This document shows positions 41,445 through 51,771 of a stretch of 64,000 nucleotides of DNA, one piece after another; position 1 is the stretch's first letter; the number at the start of each line of letters is the position of its first letter. The notes under the pieces are model-generated. The model was not told where the DNA came from and made no database searches. It saw only the letters and a program-made list of their open reading frames with translations. The DNA lies in contig OZ244999.1 in the NCBI GenBank assembly GCA_965223265.1, positions 6,752,001 to 6,816,000 of the forward strand, in the 5' to 3' direction. The translations under genes and the position numbers were made by a program. This stretch comes from Planctomycetota bacterium (GTDB taxonomy: Bacteria > Planctomycetota > UBA8108 > SXIK01).

Positions 41445-41649
41445 GAGCGCTCGGTCTCCTCTTTTCTCTTCGTTGTCGGGCAGTTCCGGAACGAACGGTC
41501 TCAGAGCGGTCCGTCGCGGATTATAGTCGCCGACGTGTCCAGGGCTCAACCCGCGTCGAGCGGGTGTTTCGGTGTCGGGCGCGGGACGGTGGAATGCGCG
41601 TACAGATCGGCGGGCGCGGGCGAGCGCGGCGGCCGTTTGCATGGACGTG

Positions 41650-41890
41650 GGCGTCTCCTGATCCGTGCGCGTGTGCCGCTTCAGACGTGACCGTGACCGT
41701 GACCGTGACCGTCGACCGTTCGTCACGACGACGCGTTCTCAGAAACTCACAGCCTCTCCGTGTGCCGTCCGGACTTGTCCGCATCGGCCGTTCCCGTTCC
41801 CGTTCCCGGTTGCGTGTGAGTGTGCGTGTGCGTCGCCGTTCCCGTTCCCCTTTGCGTGTGGGCTGTCCGCCTCTGTCTCCGTCTCCGATC
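41650..41890. repeat. Hexamer microsatellite cluster (GTGACC)n, (CCGTTC)n, (TCCGTC)n with a REP half-site
   Basis: gtgaccgtgaccgtgaccgtgacc; ccgttcccgttcccgttccc; ctctccgtgtgccgt resembles the REP arm at 26694-26708. Confidence 0.75.
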
Positions 41891-42002
41891 CAAAAGCACT
41901 TGACGGCCGCTCTCCCCAACCTGTTAACTCACACTCTCATGTGTTCCTGCGCAGCAGGAACCTGGCGCAAGAGGGTTTCACCCGCGGCAGGAGGACTCGA
42001 CG

Positions 42003-43178
42003 ATGATCCGCTCCACGGCTCCGCACGAGCCGACGCTCGACACGCAAAAGTACTTCCTCGACCGCCTCGGTCGCCTGCCGACGCCGTGCCTGATCGTCTT
42101 TCGCCCCGTCGTGGAAGAGAACATTCGGCGCATGCACTCCTATTTGGAGGCCGTCGCGCCAGGAACCGGCTTTGATCACCTGCGCACGCACGTCAAAACG
42201 CACAAGTCGGCGTGGACGACGCGCCTTCTCCTCGACGCTGGCATCGAACGATACAAGTGCTCACTGCATGAGCTTGAGATGCTGATCGACGGCGGTGCGC
42301 GCGACATCTTCGTCGCCTATCCGCTCCTGCCGCGCGACGCGGACCGCGTTGCTGAGCGGGTCGCGCAGTATCCGGACCTGCGCATCTTGACGCAAGCGGG
42401 CTGCGAGACGCATGCCGAGTATCTGGCCCAGGCGGCGCAGCGTCGTGGGGTCGAGTTGGAAATCCTTCTCGACGTCGACATCGGCAACCAACGCACGGGG
42501 TCCCCGCCCGAGCGCGTCATCGAGCTCGCTGGGTTGCTCCAGCGCGACCAGCGTTTCGGGACGCTCAAGGTTGCAGGTGTGCACGGCTACGATGGCCACA
42601 ACCACGCCGTTGACCCGGGTGAACGCCGCAGCATCGCACACGGAACGATGGAAGCGCTCGTGCGCTGCGTTCAAGGTGTCGAGCGCGCCGTCGGTGAGCT
42701 CGACACCGTCGTCACGGGGGGAACGCCGCCGTTCGCCGAAGATCTCGACGAGCTACTACGCATGCAAAGCCTCACCGCGCACATCGAGGTCTCGCCCGGC
42801 ACGTGGATCTACTGGGATAGTAACTACGATCATATCCTGCCCGGAAAGTTCGACATCGCCGCGCTCCTTTTGGCGCAGGTGATCGACCTGCCGCAGGACG
42901 ATCTCATGACGCTCAACCTCGGCCACAAGCGATGGTCCATTGACCACGGCCCGATCGAGCTCTACAGTCTGCCCGGTGTAGAGTTCGTCTCGGCGACCGA
43001 GGAACACACGGTCCTCAGGCGAACCGCAGCGACACCTGAGGTGAACATCGGCGACCCGGTGCTCTTGGCGCCGTTTCACGTCTGCCCGACGGTCAACCTC
43101 TGGGAGCGATTCGTCGTCGTTGGGGCCGATGGGGCCATCGAGACGCAAACCGAACCGGTGACGGCGCGCAACCGCTAG
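42003..43178 (+). CDS. D-threonine aldolase / DSD1-like PLP enzyme (alanine racemase fold)
   Basis: TPCL, LRTHVKTHKS, HGYDGH, GGTP, EEH, HVCPTVNL. Confidence 0.88.
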   Translation: MIRSTAPHEPTLDTQKYFLDRLGRLPTPCLIVFRPVVEENIRRMHSYLEAVAPGTGFDHLRTHVKTHKSAWTTRLLLDAGIERYKCSLHELEMLIDGGARDIFVAYPLLPRDADRVAERVAQYPDLRILTQAGCETHAEYLAQAAQRRGVELEILLDVDIGNQRTGSPPERVIELAGLLQRDQRFGTLKVAGVHGYDGHNHAVDPGERRSIAHGTMEALVRCVQGVERAVGELDTVVTGGTPPFAEDLDELLRMQSLTAHIEVSPGTWIYWDSNYDHILPGKFDIAALLLAQVIDLPQDDLMTLNLGHKRWSIDHGPIELYSLPGVEFVSATEEHTVLRRTAATPEVNIGDPVLLAPFHVCPTVNLWERFVVVGADGAIETQTEPVTARNR

Positions 43179-43246
43179 CGACCCACCGCCTCTCGCTTGA
43201 CCGAGTCCTCCGCAACGTCGAGCCCGCGCGGCAAGAACGAAGCGAC

Positions 43247-45166
43247 TCAGTTGCGTGGTCGAGTTCGACGATCGAAGTAGAAGAACGCGGCTGGCACCAA
43301 CGCCAGGACGGCGAACGTCACAAGCGCGACAAGTTGCGGTGACCAAGAGACCGCAACCTCACCCGCGTCCCGATCGAGAAACCGAATCGCAGCGATCAAA
43401 ATACCGACCAGAGCCTCACCTGCGATGACCCCGGACGCCAGGAGGACACCGACGCCGCCGGACTTCTTACGCTGCGGTGCCGGCCGAACGGCGAGCGTGT
43501 GCGCGATGCCACCGATCAGAATCGGCACTGAAATGCTCAGCGGTAAATAGATGCCGACGGCAATCGGCATGACGTGGAATCGAAACAGCGACTGCGGTCG
43601 CAGTCGCTGCAGCACCAAATCTGCGCAGAAGAGAAACGCTGCGAGCGCGACGCCGATCTGAAACATTGCCGACTGCAGCTCGCCGTCACCAAAAAAGACG
43701 TCGACAAGACTAGCGAAGAGTTGAGCTTGCGGGGCTCTGAGTTCCTCGCCGCCGAAACCACCGCCTTGATCCCCTTCATGAAGCATGTAGAGAACTGGCC
43801 ACATGACAAACGCCGCCACCACGACGCCGATGACTTGCAGCAGCTGTTGATCCCGGGGCCGTGCCCCGACGAGATGCCCTGTCTTCAGGTCATTGCAAAC
43901 GTCGCCGGCGGTGCAAGCGACGCAGCACACCACGCCCGCCACGCCCAACGTCGCGACGATGGCAACCTCGCCGGCGAAACCAGAGAGCGACAGGAGAAGC
44001 GCAGTCCCAAGGAGGGCCATGAGCGTCATCCCAGAGACCGGACTGTTCGAATTGCCAACGAGACCGACAATGTAACTCGCGATCGCCGTCAGGAAGAAAG
44101 CGAGCACAAGCATCGACACGGCTGTCACCACGGTGATGGCGACGCTGTTGGTGAGATAGAAGTAGAGCAGTGCGATCGCCAGCGTCGTAACGACCGCGGT
44201 CGGAATGAGAATGCTGTTCTCCAGGTCGTCGCCGCGAGTCTCGCCGCAATCGCTTCGCTGCTCACCCGACGAACGACCGAAGAGCTCGGCGACCGCAGCG
44301 CGCAGACCATGCCGAACTCGGAAGATCGAGATCAGTCCGCCGACGACCATCGCACCGACGCCGATGTACCGCACCTTGGTACTCCACAGGTGGCGAGCGT
44401 GCGCAACGGCGGCTTCTGGGGTGGCGTCGCCGGAGAATCCGCCCAGCATCGGGATCGCGACACACCAACCAATCGCGCCCCCCAAGACGATCAGAAGAGC
44501 AATTCTCAACCCCACGATGTAACCGACCGCCATCAGTGCCGGCGACACGTCGGTACCGGCGTAGAACACGCGCCCAGAAACCGCCCGTGCCCATTCCACG
44601 GTCTCGTAGATAAGGTGAAGAGAGCTAGCGAAGAACTTGATGCATCCTCCAGCGAGAACACCGCCAAGCACGAAGAGCGCATCGCGCCCAGCTGTGGCTC
44701 CGGCACGCAGCACCTCCGCGCAAGCGACGCCCTCTGGAAAGAGAAGCTCGCGGCTGTCGACGACGAAAACGCGGCGCATCGGAATCATGAGGAGCACGCC
44801 CAGGAGGCCGCCGCCAAGTGCCACGGCGGTGACGATGAAGAAGCGATCCCAGCCGGCGAGCGAATCCCAAACTCCGACGATGACGAGAGCCGGCATGGTG
44901 AAGACGATTCCCGCTGCAAGTGACTCGCCGGCCGATGCCGCCGTCTGCACCAGATTGCTCTCAAGGACACCGCTGCGACCGCGCAAGGCTCGTAGCACTC
45001 CCATGGCGACCACGGCCGCCGGAATCGATGCCGACACCGTCATGCCCACCTTGAGACCGAGGTAGACGTTCGCCGCCCCCATGACAAGCGACAGGATGAT
45101 GCCTAGGAGAATCGCCAGCCAGGTCAGCTCCCGCTCGCGGCTCGGACCAGTCTGCTGTGTTTCCAC
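43247..45166 (-). CDS. OPT-family oligopeptide transporter
   Basis: ANVYLGLKVG.TVSASIPAAV, ESNLVQTAASAGES, FPEGVACAEVL, SNSPVSG, DLKTGHLVGA, APQA. Confidence 0.93.
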   Translation of the reverse strand: METQQTGPSRERELTWLAILLGIILSLVMGAANVYLGLKVGMTVSASIPAAVVAMGVLRALRGRSGVLESNLVQTAASAGESLAAGIVFTMPALVIVGVWDSLAGWDRFFIVTAVALGGGLLGVLLMIPMRRVFVVDSRELLFPEGVACAEVLRAGATAGRDALFVLGGVLAGGCIKFFASSLHLIYETVEWARAVSGRVFYAGTDVSPALMAVGYIVGLRIALLIVLGGAIGWCVAIPMLGGFSGDATPEAAVAHARHLWSTKVRYIGVGAMVVGGLISIFRVRHGLRAAVAELFGRSSGEQRSDCGETRGDDLENSILIPTAVVTTLAIALLYFYLTNSVAITVVTAVSMLVLAFFLTAIASYIVGLVGNSNSPVSGMTLMALLGTALLLSLSGFAGEVAIVATLGVAGVVCCVACTAGDVCNDLKTGHLVGARPRDQQLLQVIGVVVAAFVMWPVLYMLHEGDQGGGFGGEELRAPQAQLFASLVDVFFGDGELQSAMFQIGVALAAFLFCADLVLQRLRPQSLFRFHVMPIAVGIYLPLSISVPILIGGIAHTLAVRPAPQRKKSGGVGVLLASGVIAGEALVGILIAAIRFLDRDAGEVAVSWSPQLVALVTFAVLALVPAAFFYFDRRTRPRN

Positions 45167-45388
45167 GGAGTCTCCACGTTCTTGCGCCGGGACGCGCGAT
45201 TGTGCCGCGGTTCATCTTAGTGATGCTGCGCGGCAGCTCGGGACATGCCGCATCTCTTCCCCCTGTCGGCAACGCCGGAGGAAGAAGCCCCAAGGACACA
45301 ACATCGTCGTGATCGTTGCAACCCTTCTTGGTAGAATTCTCGATCAACGTCGCGGCGGCTGCGTCGCCGCAGCGCCCACACAAGAGCC

Positions 45389-46093
45389 GTGACGCAACCT
45401 GAAACGATGCAGCGCATCCCCGAACCTGAAGTGATGAACGCCGACGCCGAGGTGAAGGCCTACGCGGGAGCAGATTTCCGTGCTGTCAACCGCCGCTGCG
45501 CGCGCCGTGCCCTGCGCGCCGCCGGCACGCGGCGGGGACACGCGCTCGACCTCGGCACCGGGCCGGGAGACATCCCGATCGCGCTGTGCCGGCTCGCCCC
45601 GCTCTGGCGTGTGACGGCGGTCGACCTCGCCCCGCGCATGGTCGCGTGGGCGCGAAGAAACGTGCGCGACGCGGGACTCGCCAGCCGCATCCGCGTCGTC
45701 AAAGCCGACGCGAAACGCGCCGCGCGCCTCAATGGGCCATTTCAGCTGGTGTTCTCCAACAGCCTGCTCCACCATCTCGAGGATCCGGCGCCGTTTTGGC
45801 GCAGCGTCAAGCGACATCTCAGGCCGCGCACCGCTGTGATGATCCAAGACCTCTCGCGCCCAGAGTCTAAGAGCGCCGCGCGCAAATTGGTCAAGCTCCA
45901 TGCAGCCGGCGAGTCGCCGCTCCTTCGGCGACTCTTCTATGAATCGCTTCTCGCTGCGTTCACGCCGTCGGAAGTGCGCGTTCAACTGCGTGCGGCTGGA
46001 CTCGAGAACCTTGTAGTCCGCAAAATCAACGATCGCCATCTCGTGGTCAGGCGGTCTTCACCCCGTCCGAGAATCAAAAGACACTCTGCATGA
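45389..46093 (+). CDS. Class I SAM-dependent methyltransferase (start may be ATG 45407)
   Basis: RIPEPEVM, LDLGTGPGDI, SNSLLHHL, DLSRP, SLLAAFT. Confidence 0.88.
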   Translation: MTQPETMQRIPEPEVMNADAEVKAYAGADFRAVNRRCARRALRAAGTRRGHALDLGTGPGDIPIALCRLAPLWRVTAVDLAPRMVAWARRNVRDAGLASRIRVVKADAKRAARLNGPFQLVFSNSLLHHLEDPAPFWRSVKRHLRPRTAVMIQDLSRPESKSAARKLVKLHAAGESPLLRRLFYESLLAAFTPSEVRVQLRAAGLENLVVRKINDRHLVVRRSSPRPRIKRHSA

Positions 46094-46884
46094 TCGAACG
46101 CATCGAAGGTCCTGCCTGGAGCCCGCTCGAGTTTCCCACTGGGTTCACGGAGGACGACACGCACGCCCCCGTGTCTCTTCCCGACGCGCCGCCGCGCGCC
46201 TATTCGGTGACACTCGCTCTGCTTCTCGAGGGCACGGAGATCCCGGCAGAGACTCTGCAAGTGTGCATGTCGACGGCCGGGGTGTTCCTCTACGGAGCAA
46301 AGCACTTTCTCGAGCACGCCAACCGCTTCATCGAGCTTGTCGACACGGATCCCGCGGCGGCCGTTGACTCGCTCGATCAGCTCCTCGTCTGTGCAACCAC
46401 CCTCGTCGGCGAACGGACGGCAGCGTACGCCCTCCGCCAGGTCAGCGACATGGTGGCCGCACAACGCGGCGCCAACCCGTTCGGCCACACGTGTCGGATC
46501 CGGCGTACACGGCGCTACATCGCGTCGTTGGAAGAGCCGCTGAAGCGCTCGGGCGCGCCGGCGCGGATGGAGCCAACCGAGTACGCTCGACTTGTCGTTG
46601 CGTTCGACGAATTCTACGATGACGCCTACGTCCAGCTGTCGCGACTCGCCGACCTCGTCGGCAGCCACCTCGACGACGCGCGGCAACAGTTTCCCGAGTT
46701 TCTCCGCCGCGTTTACGACGACTTCGCGCTGGCAAGTTTCGGAGACAACCTCATCGCAGAGCACGCGCACGCGGAGCCGAGTGTCGAGGGCGCACCGGGC
46801 GAGATGGCGGAGTCCGTGGAAGGCATCGCCGCGCGGCATGGACTCTTAAACCTGCTGCCGGAACTCATCGCAGCCCTGAGATAG
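46090..46884 (+). CDS. Hypothetical protein
   Basis: 264-aa ORF translationally coupled (ATGA) to the methyltransferase. Confidence 0.65.
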   Translation: MIERIEGPAWSPLEFPTGFTEDDTHAPVSLPDAPPRAYSVTLALLLEGTEIPAETLQVCMSTAGVFLYGAKHFLEHANRFIELVDTDPAAAVDSLDQLLVCATTLVGERTAAYALRQVSDMVAAQRGANPFGHTCRIRRTRRYIASLEEPLKRSGAPARMEPTEYARLVVAFDEFYDDAYVQLSRLADLVGSHLDDARQQFPEFLRRVYDDFALASFGDNLIAEHAHAEPSVEGAPGEMAESVEGIAARHGLLNLLPELIAALR

Positions 46885-47052
46885 GCTCACAGTACGCGCG
46901 GCCGTTGCTTGGGGGCGGCGCCAGACCTGTATCATCGCCGCGCGCGAATCGGGGCAACGCTTCGTCTTCGACGCCGATGCCGACGTCGAAGACGAAGCGG
47001 TCCCTCTCAGGCGCGGAGCTCGTGCACGACGAACGACCGCGTCAGACGATGA

Positions 47053-50000
47053 TCAACTACAACCTTGAGATTCGCCGCAAAAGATGCAGCGGTAGCAAGC
47101 ACCACTACGGATGGTGAACTGGCCGCAGTTGTTGCAAGTCGGTGCGTCACCCATGAGCGAAGCGAGCTCTTCGCGGTAGTTCTCCATGAAGAAATCTTCC
47201 ATGCGGCCGGCGGCGAGCTTGTCGTCACCACCGCTCTTGAGCGCCTCGGCGAGCGACGCCTTCTGCCCGGTTGTGGGCGGAGCCTCCGTGCTCCCTGCCG
47301 CCGGCTCGGCGGGCGGCGGCGCGGGCGTCTCCGTGGCTGAGGATTCCGGCGTTGGCCGCTGCTGCATCTTCGCTGCCATCTCCTTTTCGCTCGGATCGGC
47401 CTCCGACAGCTGCGGCGGCTTCACATGTACGAAGTCAGTGCGATCGAGATACTCGAGTGCGAGGATGCGGAAGACGAGATCGACGACCGAAGTGGACATC
47501 TTGATGTTGGGGTGGTCCTTCACTTGTCCCTGCGGGGCAAAGCGCGTGAACGTGAAGGTGTCCACAAACTCTTCGAGCGGAACGCCGTACTGGAGTCCCT
47601 TCGACACCGCGATCGCGAAACAATTCATCAAGGCACGGAACGAAGCACCCTCTTTATGCATGTCGACGAAGATCTCACCGAGGGTGTGGTCCTCGTATTC
47701 ACCCGTGCGCAAATAGATCTTGTGACCGCTGATGCGAGCTTCCTGGGTGAAGCCGCGTCGCTTCGCCGGCAGGAGCCGCCGCATCTGTCGTAGCTCAGGC
47801 ACTGCCGAAACGCTGTCGCTAGTCTCCGCTGCACCTTCAGCGCTCTTGGCCTCGCCGGAGTCGCCTCGATCCGCGTCCGATTTCGTCGATAGCGGTTGGC
47901 TTTCCTTACAACCGTCACGATAGAGAGCCGTCGCCTTAAGACCCAAGTGCCAGCTCTGCATGTACGCTTCGCCGATCTCGTCGACCGTGGTCTCGTGCGG
48001 CATGTTGATGGTCTTCGAGATCGCACCGCTGATGAACGGCTGCGCCACAGACATCATGCGCAGGTGCCCAAGCGGCGCTATGAACCGCTGGCCATGCTTG
48101 CCGCAGCGATTGGCGCAGTCGAACACACTTAAGTGCTCCGGCGTCAGGCGAGGTGCCCCCTCAATCGTATGGCGGCCGCAGATATGCGCGTTGGCGGCCT
48201 CGATCTGCTCGTCGCTGAAACCGAGCTCATGGAGGAGCGAAAAACCAGGCTGTTGATACTGCTCAGGAGCGAAGCCGAGGCGTTTGAGGCACTCCTCACC
48301 GAGCACCCACGACGTGAACGCGCTTGGCAAATCGAAGACCTTCGACAGCGCCTCATCGACCTGATCGAGCTCGCCATCGGTGAGCCCGTTCTCGCGTAGC
48401 GAGGCACGATTGACATAAGGTGCGCCCGCCAAACAATTGGTGCCGATGAGGTACTCGACGATCGCCTGACAGTCGTCATCGCTATAGCCGAGGGCCTGGA
48501 GAGCCGGCTCCACCGAACGGTTCGGGATCTTGAAGAACCCGCCGCCAGCGAGCTTCTTGAACTTCACAAGCGCGAAATCGGGCTCGATGCCTGTCGTATC
48601 ACAGTCCATCAGGAGGCCGATCGTGCCAGTCGGTGCGATGACTGTGGTCTGCGCGTTGCGGAATCCGTGCTCCTCGCCGAGCGCGAGTGCGCGGTCCCAC
48701 GCACCGCGTGCTGCTTCCAGGAGATCACGCGGACAGAAGCGCGAATCGATGCCGAGTGGCTTCACCGAAAGCTCCTCGTACTCCGACGCGGGCACGTTGT
48801 AGGCGGCACGACGATGGTTTCGGATCACGCGCAGCATGTCGCTGCGGTTCAGCTCGTAGCGCGGGAACGGTCCGAGCTCCCGGGCCATTTCCGCCGAGGT
48901 GGCGTAGCTTTCGCCCGTCATCAACGCCGTCAGCGCGCCGGCAATCGCCCGACCCTCATCGCTGTCGTACGGAATGCCGCGGAGCATCAACATGGCGCCG
49001 AGGTTGGCATAGCCAAGACCAAGTGTCCGGTACTCATAGCTGAGCTCAGCGATGCGCTGGCTCGGGTACTGTGCCATGAGCACGCTGATCTCAAGGACCA
49101 TCGTCCACAGGCGCACCGCATGACGAAACGCGTCGAGGTCCACTTCCCGCTTGAGCGGATCGTAAAACTTCACCAAGTTGATCGAGGCAAGATTGCACGC
49201 TGTGTCGTCCAGGAACATGTACTCCGAACATGGATTCGAAGCGTTGATTCGGCCACTCTTGGGACACGTGTGCCACTCGTTGATGGTCGTATCGTACTGC
49301 AGGCCAGGATCGGCGCAGCGCCACGCCGCCTCGCAGATCTGTCGCCAGAGATCCGGTGCATCGACCGTCTTGGCGACGCCGCCGTCAATGCGATTCGTGA
49401 GCTGCCACGGTCGTCCGGCCTCAACAGCGTCGATGAACGCGCGACTGACGCGAACGCTGTTGTTAGAGTTCTGGCCGGAGACGGTCATGTAGGCCTCTCC
49501 GTTGAAGTCGCACGGATAACCGGCATCGATGAGAGCCTTGACCTTACGCTCCTCTTCCGCCTTCCAATTGATAAACCCCTCAACATCGGGATGGTCGATG
49601 TCAAGACAAACCATCTTGGCAGCGCGGCGGGTCGTCCCACCACTCTTGATCGCACCGGCGGCGCGGTCGCCAATCTTCAAAAACGACATCAGCCCTGACG
49701 AGAAGCCGCCGCCCGCAAGTGCCTCGCCTTCACCGCGAATGCACGAAAAGTTGGTGCCCGTGCCAGAGCCGTACTTGAACAGCCGAGCTTCACGAACCCA
49801 AAGGTCCATGATGCCTCCAGCGTTGACGAGGTCATCCGTCACCGACTGAATGAAACAGGCGTGAGGCTGCGGACGAGAGTACGCGTCCTTCGACTGCTTC
49901 ACCGTTTCCGAGACAGGGTCGACGTAGTAGTGCCCCTGTGCCGGCCCCGTCAAACCATAAGCAAGGTTCAGCCCGGTGTTGAACCACTGTGGTGAGTTCG

Positions 50001-50577
50001 GCGCTGCCATCTGGTGCAGTAACATGTACGCCAGCTCGTCACCAAACACCTCTGCGTCTGCGCTGCTGGCGAAGTACCCGTGCTGCTCACCCCAATGCCG
50101 CCAGCAACGGACCAGCCGGTCAACAACCTGTCGCGTGCTCTTCTCCGGCCCCGTCACCTGCGCGCCATGCTCGTCGAGAATCGGGCGCCCGTTGACGTCG
50201 AACTGCGGCACTCCGGCTTTTCGCATATACTTCGACGCCATGATGTCGCCGGCAACTGCGGACCAGTCGGCGGGCACCTCGACGTCATCCATCTCGAAGA
50301 CGACAGCACCGTCGGAGCCGCGAATGGAGGACGAACGCTTCTCCCAGCGCACGGTCGCGTAGGGATCAATCTGTTCGCCTTTTTCATCGACGGTAAAACG
50401 ACGCGAGAGCGTCAGACCGCGCATACTGGATCCTGTCGCAACGCTCGATCCAGATCCGGCTGCAGCCCCGTTCCCGGCGCCACTACTCCCACCGGAGCCA
50501 TTGCCCGAACCATTGCGATCCCCCAAGGTGTCTTGAAACTTCAGGCCCGTTCGCTCGTGCTTGCCGTCAAGCGCCAT
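47053..50577 (-). CDS. nrdJ: Vitamin B12-dependent (class II) ribonucleotide reductase
   Basis: PNSPQWFN, QPHACFI, GSGTGTNFS, ASNPCSEY, APTGTIG, C-terminal TSCPD domain and CxxC..CxxC; AGGAGG SD. Confidence 0.96.
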   Translation of the reverse strand: MALDGKHERTGLKFQDTLGDRNGSGNGSGGSSGAGNGAAAGSGSSVATGSSMRGLTLSRRFTVDEKGEQIDPYATVRWEKRSSSIRGSDGAVVFEMDDVEVPADWSAVAGDIMASKYMRKAGVPQFDVNGRPILDEHGAQVTGPEKSTRQVVDRLVRCWRHWGEQHGYFASSADAEVFGDELAYMLLHQMAAPNSPQWFNTGLNLAYGLTGPAQGHYYVDPVSETVKQSKDAYSRPQPHACFIQSVTDDLVNAGGIMDLWVREARLFKYGSGTGTNFSCIRGEGEALAGGGFSSGLMSFLKIGDRAAGAIKSGGTTRRAAKMVCLDIDHPDVEGFINWKAEEERKVKALIDAGYPCDFNGEAYMTVSGQNSNNSVRVSRAFIDAVEAGRPWQLTNRIDGGVAKTVDAPDLWRQICEAAWRCADPGLQYDTTINEWHTCPKSGRINASNPCSEYMFLDDTACNLASINLVKFYDPLKREVDLDAFRHAVRLWTMVLEISVLMAQYPSQRIAELSYEYRTLGLGYANLGAMLMLRGIPYDSDEGRAIAGALTALMTGESYATSAEMARELGPFPRYELNRSDMLRVIRNHRRAAYNVPASEYEELSVKPLGIDSRFCPRDLLEAARGAWDRALALGEEHGFRNAQTTVIAPTGTIGLLMDCDTTGIEPDFALVKFKKLAGGGFFKIPNRSVEPALQALGYSDDDCQAIVEYLIGTNCLAGAPYVNRASLRENGLTDGELDQVDEALSKVFDLPSAFTSWVLGEECLKRLGFAPEQYQQPGFSLLHELGFSDEQIEAANAHICGRHTIEGAPRLTPEHLSVFDCANRCGKHGQRFIAPLGHLRMMSVAQPFISGAISKTINMPHETTVDEIGEAYMQSWHLGLKATALYRDGCKESQPLSTKSDADRGDSGEAKSAEGAAETSDSVSAVPELRQMRRLLPAKRRGFTQEARISGHKIYLRTGEYEDHTLGEIFVDMHKEGASFRALMNCFAIAVSKGLQYGVPLEEFVDTFTFTRFAPQGQVKDHPNIKMSTSVVDLVFRILALEYLDRTDFVHVKPPQLSEADPSEKEMAAKMQQRPTPESSATETPAPPPAEPAAGSTEAPPTTGQKASLAEALKSGGDDKLAAGRMEDFFMENYREELASLMGDAPTCNNCGQFTIRSGACYRCIFCGESQGCS

Positions 50578-51523
50578 GAACTCCCTCCTACTTCGTCTTC
50601 TGTCGTCTTCCTTCTTTTACAACCACAGCTGGCCGGCATCATGCTCCAGCACCGAGGGCCGAGAAACATCGGCCTTACTTGCGCGCCGCGAGCCCTGCGG
50701 CACGACGACACTCCCCTGCCCTCCCTATTGCCAGAGCCGGAGCTCAGTCAATAGCGCTCGTCCGACACATCCCGACGCCGGCAATGCCGGCGTCACCTAC
50801 AGGATGATCATCGCAGACGCGGCAACCCGTCAGTCCGGTGGTGCATCAACAACTCGCGCCAGGCTCTGCGCCGGGTCCGCCAAGTGGTTGCTGTTCCCGT
50901 CTTTTAGGTCCATCCTCTTCCTCACTTCCTCTCAGCCACCGGCGTGGACACCGCAAGACACCATCGAGTCGATCGAACGTCTCGCGGCATGCCGCTCGGC
51001 AGAATCTCTCCCGATTTTAGATCATTCGCAGACGCCGTCGGCGCCGCCAAAACCCGCGGCCGAAACCGCTTTTCATCACCGCGGCGGAGCGGTTAGCATG
51101 CCGCGACAGTCCCCCCTCGAAAGATCGACGCGGGGGACTCAACTCACCGCGGCGCACCGACCGTGAACGCTGAAAATCGGAACACCTCGTGCTGACACTC
51201 AGTCGTCTGCTTTTCTCTGGCGGAGTGACTCGAACCTTCGGCCCTCATCACACCCGTCTACGCTTGCGTGCGCGGGCGCGTACCAGCGGAAACAACCGCA
51301 GCCGGGACAACCCGGCAGAGATCTCAAGAGAAGAGACGATCTATAGAGAGGCCTACAGAAAGAGAGTCCCGATAACACTTCAACCCGGCGACCGTCAGAT
51401 CGCCGCAGCGGAAGCGCCAGAGTGTCAATTCACAGCGTCAACGGTCGAGGATCCACCGCAAAAATCGACCACCAAATCCCACCAAACCGGATCCACCGAT
51501 CCTCGAGACCAAAGAAGCAATCA

Positions 51524-51578
51524 CCACAACATGTTTTACAAGGCGCCCCCACCCTACTACAAGATCTTGCGGTGTCAA
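51524..51578 (-). promoter_or_regulatory. Tandem NrdR-box-like palindromes overlapping a putative nrdJ promoter
   Basis: CCACAACATGTTTTAC (51524-51539) and CTACAAGATCTTGCGG (51557-51572), 33 bp apart; minus-strand TTGACA (51578-51573)-N16-TAGGGT. Confidence 0.6.
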
Positions 51579-51771
51579 TGCCGAAATCAAAAAATTCGCT
51601 AACATCCTTGGCCGCTGCCCGTTCTGCTGCCTTGTACCGCTGGATGTCCCGTGGTAAGATACGGCACGACTTGTGTTTAGGGCGGCTTTTCAGAGCCGCG
51701 ACAGGAACGATTCCGACCACCCGGTCGCGGCCTCCCCGACACCGCGATCAAGCCTCGCAGAGCGTCTAGCT

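Noticed and set aside
43574-44923. Long antisense ORFs (449 aa here; similar ones at 48667-49698, 4614-5525, 62086-63015)
   Set aside because: Shadow frames of well-supported genes, expected in high-GC DNA.
47053-50577. Intein in NrdJ
   Set aside because: No intein splice-junction or LAGLIDADG motifs recognised; length is consistent with long-form NrdJ.
50578-51520. Canonical cobalamin riboswitch upstream of nrdJ
   Set aside because: Only an isolated GGGAA; the GGTG/AATCC, GCCCCCGCAACTGT and B12-box elements were not found by eye.
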